From Actinomycetes bacterium (GTDB taxonomy: Bacteria; Actinomycetota; Thermoleophilia; RBG-16-64-13), in NCBI GenBank assembly GCA_024637095.1, contig JAGXFV010000009.1:7549-71548 (forward strand): DNA of 64,000 bases, read 5' to 3'. The notes under the pieces are model-generated. The model was not told the origin of the DNA, did not search any database, and was given only the letters and a program-made list of their open reading frames with translations. Shown here in pieces: positions 9,957 through 18,410 of this stretch. Every line of letters begins with the position of its first letter. The first letter of the stretch is position 1. A program made the translations under genes and the position numbers.

Positions 9957-10942
9957 TGCGCTGGCCGGGTTTTCTCCGAATCTATGATGAGAGCGGGCGA
10001 CCTGTTCGGCTGCGGGTGCCTTACCTGATCTTGATCGCGGCCGCCATCGTGTTTATCCTGATCGCCGCCGTCTACCTGCCGGTGGCGATGACCTCCACTC
10101 CCAGCTTCTGCGGGAACTGCCACCTGATGCAGGAGCCGGTGGAACTGTGGGAAAACTCGACTCATGCCAACGTCAACTGCATTCAGTGCCACATCGATCC
10201 CGGTTTCATCAATACGCTCGAACATAAGCTGATGTCCTACAAGGAGATCTACGGGCAGTTCCTCGGCGACGGAGAAATGCCCGACGAGATCCACCTGCCC
10301 TCCAACGCGGCCTGCCTTCAGTGCCACTCCCTCGACCGGAACGTCTCGCCCGGCGGGGACATCAAGATTCCGCACCGCGAGCACGTGGAGATGCGCAATC
10401 TGCTCTGCGCCGACTGTCACTTCAACGTCGTCCACACCCGCCGGGCCATCTCGGGCGGCAATCCGCCCATGGACGTTTGCTACATGTGCCACGACGGTGA
10501 ACAGGCGCCCAACGAGTGCGAGACTTGCCACACCACCCCGCGGGAGGCTTTTGTCGAACAGGGCCATCCGGAGGATGCCTTGGAAAACCACGGCGCCCTT
10601 GCCCGGGAGCGCGTCGAGGACTGCTATCGGTGCCACTCTCAGGAGTCCGGGTTCTGCGAGGATTGTCACAGCCAGCCGCCGGCCACGCATGCCCGCGACG
10701 ACTGGCGTTACACCCACAGCGTCGAGGTCAATCGGGACGGGCGCAGCTCCTGCCAGGGTTGTCACGAAGAAGAGTTCTGCGAGAAATGCCACAGCGTCCA
10801 GCACCCGCCCAACTGGGTGAACCAGCACGGAGACTTCGCGCAGGGCGGCGGTGAAGCGTGTCTCGTCTGCCATGCACCGGGATTCTGCAACGACTGCCAC
10901 GACACCGAGGGAGTCGACACGAGAATAGGCCAGGCTCAGTAG
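9956..10942 (+). CDS. NapC/NrfH-like membrane-anchored dodecaheme cytochrome c
   Basis: N-terminal TM, TSTPSFCGNCHLM, 12 CXXCH; paralog of the preceding gene. Confidence 0.9.
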   Translation: MRWPGFLRIYDESGRPVRLRVPYLILIAAAIVFILIAAVYLPVAMTSTPSFCGNCHLMQEPVELWENSTHANVNCIQCHIDPGFINTLEHKLMSYKEIYGQFLGDGEMPDEIHLPSNAACLQCHSLDRNVSPGGDIKIPHREHVEMRNLLCADCHFNVVHTRRAISGGNPPMDVCYMCHDGEQAPNECETCHTTPREAFVEQGHPEDALENHGALARERVEDCYRCHSQESGFCEDCHSQPPATHARDDWRYTHSVEVNRDGRSSCQGCHEEEFCEKCHSVQHPPNWVNQHGDFAQGGGEACLVCHAPGFCNDCHDTEGVDTRIGQAQ

Positions 10943-10956
10943 AGCAAGGTCGGTCA

Positions 10957-11904
10957 ATGAAGGAGGAGACTTTGAAGACGGTGGCTGGGGCTGCCGGGGG
11001 GTTCGCGAAAGAATTCACGTGTCTTCGCCGGGGGGCGGGGTTCGGGATTCTCGCATTTATCCTGCTCGTTCTCCTCACTGGGGAGGTCGCCTGGGCGCAG
11101 GAGAGTGCGCAGTCGGCCGAGGGCGACAACGGCTGTTTGGTGTGCCATGGGCAGGAGTACTTGGGATCCGTCGAGGTGGACGGAGCGGCGCAGGATCTCT
11201 TCGTCGGTCCAGAGGCCTACGAGGAATCGGCGCACGGACTGCTGCCGTGCGCGTCGTGCCATATCGGATTCACCCACGATAACCCGCATCAGATGGTGAC
11301 GAACGCGGAGTTCTTCGCCGAAACGGCGCGCGAGGCGTGCCGCAATTGCCATGCCGATCAGTTTGAGATGTATCAGCAGAGCTATCACGGCGAGTTGAGC
11401 CGGGGAGGCGTCGCCGGGGGGGTCCTGGCCCCCGGCTGCACCGACTGCCACGGCATGCATCAGGTGCAGCGCGTCGATACGCTGGAATACCGTCAAGACA
11501 TTCAGCAAATCTGCGGGCAGTGCCATGGCGGGCGCACGGACACCTTCCTCGACACCTATCACGGCAAGGCCATTACCCTTGGGCGAGAGGCTTCGGCCAC
11601 CTGCGTGGATTGTCACGGTTCGCACTTCATCCTGCCAACCACCAACCCGATGTCCACGCTTTCGGAGGCCAATCACCTAGATACCTGCCAGACCTGCCAT
11701 CCCGATGCCGATGAGGGCTTCACTTCCTTCTTGGTGCATATTCAGCCCACCTCCACCGATGCTCCTTTGATCGTCTTCGCGGTGGCGATCTTCTACATCT
11801 CGATGATCGTTGTGGTCTTTGCCTTCGGGGGGATCCACACGCTTCTGTACATCTACCGGGGGCTCAAGAACGGTCTCTACTTCGGTAAAGGAGGTCACCA
11901 CTGA
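10957..11904 (+). CDS. heptaheme cytochrome c with C-terminal TM (CbcL-like c domain), copy 1
   Basis: Signal peptide ending AWA-Q, 7 CXXCH, C-terminal TM; start 10957-10981 uncertain. Confidence 0.88.
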   Translation: MKEETLKTVAGAAGGFAKEFTCLRRGAGFGILAFILLVLLTGEVAWAQESAQSAEGDNGCLVCHGQEYLGSVEVDGAAQDLFVGPEAYEESAHGLLPCASCHIGFTHDNPHQMVTNAEFFAETAREACRNCHADQFEMYQQSYHGELSRGGVAGGVLAPGCTDCHGMHQVQRVDTLEYRQDIQQICGQCHGGRTDTFLDTYHGKAITLGREASATCVDCHGSHFILPTTNPMSTLSEANHLDTCQTCHPDADEGFTSFLVHIQPTSTDAPLIVFAVAIFYISMIVVVFAFGGIHTLLYIYRGLKNGLYFGKGGHH

Positions 11905-12755
11905 TGGCGGCCGGCACCGACGCGCTCGAAGGGGTGCGCCTCGTCTACAGAAGATTCAGCGCCTTCCACAGGTTCAACCACTACCTGGTGATGATCAGCT
12001 TCTTCGGTCTGGTCCTCACCGGGATTCCGCTCAAGTTCAAGGACAGCCTCTGGGCCGAGTTTTTCATGGGCCTTATCGGCGGTGTTGAAGGGGCGGGATT
12101 CATCCACCGCGTGATGGCTGTGTTCAATTTCACGTATTTCTTCTTGGAAATGGGCTATATGTCCTGGTACGTGGCCGCCCGCAAGGGCCCCATTTTTGGT
12201 CCTGACTCCATAGTCCCGAGCAAGAAGGACTGGCAGGACATCAAAGGCATGTTTCGTTGGTTCCTAGGCAGGGGCCCCAAGCCGCGGTTCAACCGCTTCA
12301 CCTACTGGGAGAAGTTCGACTTCTGGGCCCTCCTGGCGGGAACCTTTCTCATCGGTGGAACCGGCCTCATGATGTGGTTCCCGGAGTTCACCACTTCGTT
12401 CCTACCCGGGGTTTCACTCAACGTGGCGCTGGTGCTCCATTCCAACGAGGCCTTCCTGGCCACCGGGGTGATCTTCATCTTCGTGCACTTCTTCTCGGCG
12501 CACGGACGCCCCGAGTCCTTCCCCGCCGATGAGGTGATCTTTAGCGGCAGCCTGCCTCTCGATCACTACATCGCGGACCGGCCCGCCGAATACGAGAACC
12601 GTCTGCGGGCGGGGACTCTCGATCAGGTGGTGCGTCCCGCGCCGACGGGCCCCATGACTCGCGTGAACTCGTGGCTCATGGTCGTATTCAGCGCGGTTGC
12701 GCTGTTTGCCGCCACGTACACCATGTTGCTGGTGGTGTGGCCGCTTCTGTTCTAG
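11904..12755 (+). CDS. di-heme cytochrome b (FdnI/HydC/CbcL b-domain family), copy 1
   Basis: RFSAFHRFNH, IHRVMA, RFTYWEKFDFW, LHSNEAFLA...VHFF; four His ligands. Confidence 0.88.
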   Translation: MAAGTDALEGVRLVYRRFSAFHRFNHYLVMISFFGLVLTGIPLKFKDSLWAEFFMGLIGGVEGAGFIHRVMAVFNFTYFFLEMGYMSWYVAARKGPIFGPDSIVPSKKDWQDIKGMFRWFLGRGPKPRFNRFTYWEKFDFWALLAGTFLIGGTGLMMWFPEFTTSFLPGVSLNVALVLHSNEAFLATGVIFIFVHFFSAHGRPESFPADEVIFSGSLPLDHYIADRPAEYENRLRAGTLDQVVRPAPTGPMTRVNSWLMVVFSAVALFAATYTMLLVVWPLLF

Positions 12756-12780
12756 CTTTGCAATCCGCCTTTAGAAGGAT

Positions 12781-13839
12781 GTGAGTAGGATCTTGCAGTC
12801 GAATACGGGGGAGAAGATGAATATGACTGGGGTGGGCCTACCGCGGCCCCGGCGCCACGTTGGGAGGGCCGCGGCCTCGGCCACGCTCCTGGCCGCCTTG
12901 ATGCTTGGGCTTTTTGTCGGCGTGGCCTCGGCCCAAGATGTCGAGGGCTGCCTGATCTGCCACGGTGATCCGAATTTCACCGATCCCACGCCGGCCGAGA
13001 ATCAGGAGGGCGACGACCTCTCTCTCTATGTCGACTCGGAAGTCTTCTTGAGTTCCGTGCACAAAGAACTGAAGTGCTCCGATTGTCACGAGGGCTTCCT
13101 CCTGACCATCCCCAACCATCAATTGGATATGGACAAGGATTTCCGGCAGGTGGCAATCGAAGCCTGCGAGGGCTGCCATCAGGAAGCCTTCCAGGAGTAC
13201 CAGACCTCGGATCACGCCCAGCGCTTCTACGAGGACCAGGCGGGGCCGATCTGCATCAGTTGCCACGGCTCGCACGCCATTCGCCGGGTGAACCTGGGCG
13301 AGGAGTCGGCCGACTTCAAGATGAGCATGGCCCGTGACTCCTGCGGCCAATGCCACGCGGACAAGTTCGAGCAGGCGAGCCACGAGTTCCACTTCAAAGC
13401 ACTCTCGCTCGGGTACGAGCGGGCGGCGACCTGTTTCGACTGCCACGGCTTTCACGACAACCTGGCTCTGACCTCCGGCGAACCGGAGACGGTCGAGGCC
13501 TGCCGTCAGTGTCACCCCGGCGCGAACGAGGGCTTCACCTACTTCCAGATGCACCTGGAGGAGGGCTTCCAGAACGCCTGGTGGGGTGTGCGCGTCGTCT
13601 ACTACTTCTTCAGTACCTTGCTGGTGGTGGTGCTCGTAACCGGCATCGCCTACACCACGGTCCATTTCCAGAAGGAAACCCGGACCATCCTCGGCGTATT
13701 CGGTCGAGGCACGGGACGCCTCTTCGGCTTCATCCGTCAGCTCGAGGAAGAGTCCATGAGAGAGCGCGAGGGCCGGCCGAACGGCCCCGAGGACCAATCC
13801 AAAGATGAACCTGAGAACGACGACAGGGGGATGCTGTAA
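12781..13839 (+). CDS. heptaheme cytochrome c with C-terminal TM (CbcL-like c domain), copy 2
   Basis: Signal peptide ending ASA-Q, 7 CXXCH spaced as in copy 1, C-terminal TM; start may be ATG 12817. Confidence 0.88.
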   Translation: MSRILQSNTGEKMNMTGVGLPRPRRHVGRAAASATLLAALMLGLFVGVASAQDVEGCLICHGDPNFTDPTPAENQEGDDLSLYVDSEVFLSSVHKELKCSDCHEGFLLTIPNHQLDMDKDFRQVAIEACEGCHQEAFQEYQTSDHAQRFYEDQAGPICISCHGSHAIRRVNLGEESADFKMSMARDSCGQCHADKFEQASHEFHFKALSLGYERAATCFDCHGFHDNLALTSGEPETVEACRQCHPGANEGFTYFQMHLEEGFQNAWWGVRVVYYFFSTLLVVVLVTGIAYTTVHFQKETRTILGVFGRGTGRLFGFIRQLEEESMREREGRPNGPEDQSKDEPENDDRGML

Positions 13840-14609
13840 TGGCCGAGGCGACCTACCCGGCCACGGGTGAGGAACGGCTGGAGGGAGCGGCGGTTGCCGA
13901 GACGAATGTCGAGGGACGTGACTACTATGTCCGCTTCTCGCCCTACCACCGGTTGAGCCACTTCGTCATGATGACCACCTTCATCGGCTGCGCCCTCACC
14001 GGCCCGCCCCTGAAGTACAGCTATGACTTCTGGGCTCAGGCGATGATGGGCTTCTGGGGCGGGGTGGAGAACGCCGGCCTGATCCATCGCGTAATGGCCG
14101 GTTTCATGGTCGCCGACTTCGTCATCCACGTGCTCTACCTTGGCTACCACATCGGGCTCAAGAAGGCCAAGATCTTTGGGCCCGACTCGATCTTCTTCTG
14201 GAAGAAGGATCTGACCGACGCCCTGGGCATGGTCAAGTGGTTCTTCGACCGCGGCCCGCGACCGAGGTTCGAGCGCTTCACCTTTTGGGAGAAGTTCGAT
14301 TACTGGGCGGTCTTCTGGGGGATCGCGATGATCGGCACTTCGGGCTTCGCGCTCTGGTTTCCCACGGTGACCAGCACGCTCGTGTCTGGTATCTTCCTCA
14401 ACGTTGCGCGAATCATCCACGGCGACGAGGCCATCTTGGCCATTGGCTGGATCCTCTTCGTCCACCTTTACAACTCACACCTACGCATGAACGTCTTTCC
14501 GATGGACCCGGTCATCTTCACCGGGCGTATGCCCGTCGAGCACGTGAAGCACGACAAGGCGGCCTGGTACGACCGCCTGGTCCGGGAAGGAAAGATCAAG
14601 CCGGAATGA
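13839..14609 (+). CDS. di-heme cytochrome b (FdnI/HydC/CbcL b-domain family), copy 2
   Basis: RFSPYHRLSH, IHRVMA, RFTFWEKFDYWAVFWG, IHGDEAILA...VHLYNSH. Confidence 0.88.
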   Translation: MAEATYPATGEERLEGAAVAETNVEGRDYYVRFSPYHRLSHFVMMTTFIGCALTGPPLKYSYDFWAQAMMGFWGGVENAGLIHRVMAGFMVADFVIHVLYLGYHIGLKKAKIFGPDSIFFWKKDLTDALGMVKWFFDRGPRPRFERFTFWEKFDYWAVFWGIAMIGTSGFALWFPTVTSTLVSGIFLNVARIIHGDEAILAIGWILFVHLYNSHLRMNVFPMDPVIFTGRMPVEHVKHDKAAWYDRLVREGKIKPE

Positions 14610-15508
14610 TGGGGAGCATGCCGCAAAAAAATGGCCTCGCGCCCTCGGATGGGCGTGCGCAGACGGAGCGGTGGCGGGCTTTGCTTATGCTGGTGATCCT
14701 GGCGCTCGCGGTCGTCCTGCTGGCGGGCTGTGGGGAGGATGAACCCTCGAGCGCCGAGAGCTTTGGCGAGCGCCTGCTCGAAGCAGAGCAGGAGCCGGGG
14801 GTGGCGGCCGAGCCGGCCAGCTTCATCAGCCTCTGCGCTAACTGCCATGACCGGCTTGACCGGGAACTCGACTGGCGGCGGGAGCGCAAGTTGGTGTTCA
14901 GCCATCCCGCCCACTTCGCCCAGGGCATACGCTGCCAGGCGTGTCACGAAGAGTTCCCGCACAAGCCCGGGCTAACGCTGCACGTGGAAGTCGAAACCTG
15001 CTTCGTGTGTCACGGGACACTTCACGGGCAGGGAGGAGAGTTGGCTTCGACTGACTGCGATACCTGCCACACTCCCGACATCGCCCCGGTCACCGACGAC
15101 CACAGCCTGTCCAACTGGCGTCTGGCGGAAGGGCCGGAACGAGCCCTCCATGCGGAGAAGGCTACTCAGCAGCGCCTGTACTGCAAGATGTGTCACCAGG
15201 AAACATACTGCCAGGACTGCCATCAGGTGGAGATGCCGCATCCCGAGGACTGGCAGGCCGCGCACATGCCGGCTGCCCAGGAAAACGGGAGGGCTTGTGA
15301 CCAGTGCCATACGCCGGAGTACTGCAACGCTTGCCACCACGCTGCTTTCGAGCAGCCGCCGGACTGGCGCCGGCAGCATCGTACGGTGGTGGGTGATGTG
15401 GGAATCGATGCCTGTTTTGAATGTCATGACCCCACTTTCTGCTCGAACTGCCACGTTCGCGTCGGTCAGGACAGGGGTGTTCTAGGGGGGCCGGGAAACG
15501 GGGGCTAA
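14609..15508 (+). CDS. decaheme cytochrome c lipoprotein
   Basis: Lipobox LLAG-C, 10 CXXCH; start reassigned to ATG overlapping upstream TGA. Confidence 0.88.
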   Translation: MGSMPQKNGLAPSDGRAQTERWRALLMLVILALAVVLLAGCGEDEPSSAESFGERLLEAEQEPGVAAEPASFISLCANCHDRLDRELDWRRERKLVFSHPAHFAQGIRCQACHEEFPHKPGLTLHVEVETCFVCHGTLHGQGGELASTDCDTCHTPDIAPVTDDHSLSNWRLAEGPERALHAEKATQQRLYCKMCHQETYCQDCHQVEMPHPEDWQAAHMPAAQENGRACDQCHTPEYCNACHHAAFEQPPDWRRQHRTVVGDVGIDACFECHDPTFCSNCHVRVGQDRGVLGGPGNGG

Positions 15509-15526
15509 GTGAAAGAGGAGGACCCC

Positions 15527-16369
15527 ATGAAGACCCCTTGGCGTGGCCGCGGGGCAGAGCTCGTGCCGGGAGTCTTTCTCCTGGCGGCGTTGCTGGCCCT
15601 TGCCCTCTTCTCGCTCGGCTGCGGGGAAGATGTTGAGGCTCCGAGCAGCGCCACCGAGCAGGCGGAAACGGCCCTGGCGGTGCCGGTCCGGAGCGAGCAA
15701 TGCCTGTCCTGCCACACCGATTTTGCCGAGCGGATCTCAAACGAGAACCAGCGGGTCTTCTCTCACGAACTCCATCTGGAGCAGGAGATCGACTGCAGCG
15801 CCTGTCATTCGGACGTGGGGCACGACGGTGCCCCGATTCACCATCCGAGCTCCTGCCAGGATTGCCACGGAATCACCATGCCGCACCCCGGCGGTTACAT
15901 AAATGAGCACGGCGAGCAGGTGCTAGACGAGGGTACCGACGTCTGCACTCGTTGCCACAATGTCCATCTGCACTGTCAGGCATGCCACGGCATCGAGATG
16001 CCGCATCCTGCCGAATGGGAGCAGAAGCACGGTGAGTTGGCGGTGCCGGAGCTGGAATCCTGCCGGCAGTGCCACCAGTCGGACTACTGCCTGCAGTGCC
16101 ATCCGGTGGAGATGCCGCACCCCGGGGATTGGATCAAGACCCATGGCCTGCCCGTGGTGGACCAGGGATCCGCGACCTGCACTAGATGCCACGAGACCAA
16201 TCTTTGCGTCAGCTGTCACGGTATGCCCATGCCGCACCCGGAAGATTGGGGTACCGGTCACCCTGCCGTGGCGGCTGAGAAGCGGGCCGAATGCCTGCTT
16301 TGCCACACCGAGCAGGACTGCGCTGATTGTCACGATATCCATCAGACCCACGGGAAGGATGGTGTGTGA
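15527..16369 (+). CDS. undecaheme cytochrome c lipoprotein with MPHP repeats
   Basis: RBS AGGAGG, lipobox SLG-C, 11 CXXCH, four CXXCH-x3-MPHP units. Confidence 0.88.
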   Translation: MKTPWRGRGAELVPGVFLLAALLALALFSLGCGEDVEAPSSATEQAETALAVPVRSEQCLSCHTDFAERISNENQRVFSHELHLEQEIDCSACHSDVGHDGAPIHHPSSCQDCHGITMPHPGGYINEHGEQVLDEGTDVCTRCHNVHLHCQACHGIEMPHPAEWEQKHGELAVPELESCRQCHQSDYCLQCHPVEMPHPGDWIKTHGLPVVDQGSATCTRCHETNLCVSCHGMPMPHPEDWGTGHPAVAAEKRAECLLCHTEQDCADCHDIHQTHGKDGV

Positions 16370-17319
16370 TGCGCTCATCAATCAGTTCCCGCAAGATTCG
16401 CTTCGGGCTATTGCTGGTTGTTGGATTGCTCCTGGTCTTGGGGGGTGCCGTGCTTAGGGACTCTCCGGATACCATGGCGCAGGAGGAATCGGAACCCGAG
16501 CGCACCCGCACGGACCTTCGTGGACTCCCGGCGACCGGTGAGCCAACCGGCGCGAGCGGTGCGCCGCGAGAATCCGGGGGCGAGCCTTTCCGCACCTGCG
16601 AGGCGTGTCACCCCGACTTCCTGCAGATGCCCCCCCAATCAGCGGATCTGATCTTCTCCCACCAGACACATCTGGACGAAGACGTGGAATGCGCCACCTG
16701 CCACAACCCTCCTCTGGGTCACTTCGGCAAGCCGGCCGCCTTGATGAGCACCTGCCTCTCCTGCCACGAGGGGCAGACCGCCCCCAACGAGTGTGAGAAC
16801 TGCCATCGCAAGTTGGACGAGATCGCGCCTGACCTGGACGAACCCATCGTGCACCTCGACCCAGACGCTTCCAAGCGGCAGAGCTGCGACAAATGCCACG
16901 ACGTCGAAGTCTGGTGCGAGCGCTGTCACGGCGTGGACATGCCCCACCCCGACACCTGGACGGGCGCCCACGGAGAGGTCGCCTTGGCCGAGGCGCAGGT
17001 ATGCGAGAAGTGCCACCAATCCAGGGACCCCGCGTACTGTGTGGAGTGTCATGGGGTGGCCATGCCTCATCCGGCTTACTGGTATTCGGGCCATGGGGAC
17101 ATCGCCTCGGACAACCGGGATTCCTGTGGTCAGTGCCATCTGGAGGCGCCCCAGTACTGCAACGAGTGTCACCACGCGGGCTTCTCGCCTACCGAAGATT
17201 GGCTGCCAGAACAGCACGGTCAGGTCGTTGAGGATCGTGGGGAGGCCACCTGCCTTGTTTGCCATGAGGAGGAGTTCTGCGCGCAGTGCCACACTGCGGG
17301 ACGGTTTGTTAAGGGATGA
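16369..17319 (+). CDS. dodecaheme cytochrome c, N-terminal signal/anchor
   Basis: Hydrophobic N-terminus, 12 CXXCH; ATG overlaps upstream TGA. Confidence 0.88.
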   Translation: MRSSISSRKIRFGLLLVVGLLLVLGGAVLRDSPDTMAQEESEPERTRTDLRGLPATGEPTGASGAPRESGGEPFRTCEACHPDFLQMPPQSADLIFSHQTHLDEDVECATCHNPPLGHFGKPAALMSTCLSCHEGQTAPNECENCHRKLDEIAPDLDEPIVHLDPDASKRQSCDKCHDVEVWCERCHGVDMPHPDTWTGAHGEVALAEAQVCEKCHQSRDPAYCVECHGVAMPHPAYWYSGHGDIASDNRDSCGQCHLEAPQYCNECHHAGFSPTEDWLPEQHGQVVEDRGEATCLVCHEEEFCAQCHTAGRFVKG

Positions 17320-17402
17320 TCCTGGAGAGGCCGGCTTCGCCAGCCTCTCCAGAACCAATATGCCATTCAAGTTTCGCGGGACAGAATAAAGGAGGTGAAT
17401 GC

Positions 17403-18344
17403 ATGATTAAACTGCGAAATCAGAGCCTGCTGCTCGCATCCGCTCTGGTCCTTCTGCTGGCCGCACTGGTGTTCGTCGCCGGGTGCCAGGAAGCCGACGA
17501 TGAACCGGAAGCCACGGACACCGAGGCGACGGAGGCAACCGACACCGAGGCGACGGAAGGGACAGAGGACACAGAGGGTGAGGTAACCGACACCACCACG
17601 GCCGTTGCCGATTCGACGGAGACAACCGAGGCCGGTGAGTCTCTGGCCCCCGTCTCCGAATCGTTTCAGACCTGCGCCGACTGCCACTCGGACTTCAACC
17701 AGTTCCTGGCCGACAGTACTGTGCTCACCCCGAACTTCAGCCACGCTTTGCACCTGAATCAGGGGTTTGAGTGCGAGACCTGCCACGTCGTGCCGACGCA
17801 CGAGCCGGATATGATCAACCAACCGCCGATGCTCAAGTGCTTCTCCTGCCACGGTCAGGAGGCGGACGCCAGTGCGCCAGGCGAGTGTAGCGTCTGCCAT
17901 CCGGCGGACTTCCCACTGGTTCCGGCCAATCACACCGAACCCAACTGGTTGCCACCGGCAACTCCGGCCGAACTGATCGCGACGGTTGACTCACAGCACT
18001 CCGGCGTAGCCACACAGGACCGGGCTTACTGCGAGATGTGCCACGCTCAGCAGTTCTGCCAGGATTGCCATAACACCGAGATGCCACATGCGAGTGACTG
18101 GACACAGGTCCACTCCACGACGGTGCGCGACGCGGGCGATCCTCAGCAGTGTTTGCGCTGTCATCCGCAGGAGTTGCTATGCAACACCTGCCACCACCCC
18201 GGCTTCGAAGCGGGGGGCGGTGCGTGGACGCAACAACACCCGCCGATAGTGCGCAATGCCGGGGCGGAGGCCTGCTTCCAGTGCCACAATCCTTTGACTT
18301 GCGCGCGCTGCCACGTGACCGGCGAATATCAGTCCTTCGACTGA
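17403..18344 (+). CDS. decaheme cytochrome c lipoprotein with acidic T/E linker
   Basis: RBS GGAGGT, lipobox VAG-C, EATDTEATEATDTEATEGTEDTE linker, 10 CXXCH. Confidence 0.9.
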   Translation: MIKLRNQSLLLASALVLLLAALVFVAGCQEADDEPEATDTEATEATDTEATEGTEDTEGEVTDTTTAVADSTETTEAGESLAPVSESFQTCADCHSDFNQFLADSTVLTPNFSHALHLNQGFECETCHVVPTHEPDMINQPPMLKCFSCHGQEADASAPGECSVCHPADFPLVPANHTEPNWLPPATPAELIATVDSQHSGVATQDRAYCEMCHAQQFCQDCHNTEMPHASDWTQVHSTTVRDAGDPQQCLRCHPQELLCNTCHHPGFEAGGGAWTQQHPPIVRNAGAEACFQCHNPLTCARCHVTGEYQSFD

Positions 18345-18371
18345 TGGTGAGGTAAGGAGAGAGGGATGGAG

Positions 18372-18406
18372 TGGGGCGGCGCCACAAGGCGCCGCCCCAT
18401 TTCTTT
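18372..18406 (+). terminator. intrinsic terminator of cytochrome operon
   Basis: TGGGGCGGCGCC-ACAA-GGCGCCGCCCCA perfect 12-bp stem followed by TTTCTTT; lies between convergent genes. Confidence 0.85.
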
Positions 18407-18410
18407 GCGG

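Noticed and set aside
14237-14608. N-terminal extensions given by the ORF track for several genes (14237, 27624, 33050, 34904, 35785, 60095, 60687, 62302)
   Set aside because: They overlap upstream genes in another frame; starts were reassigned from RBS, stop/start coupling and family N-termini
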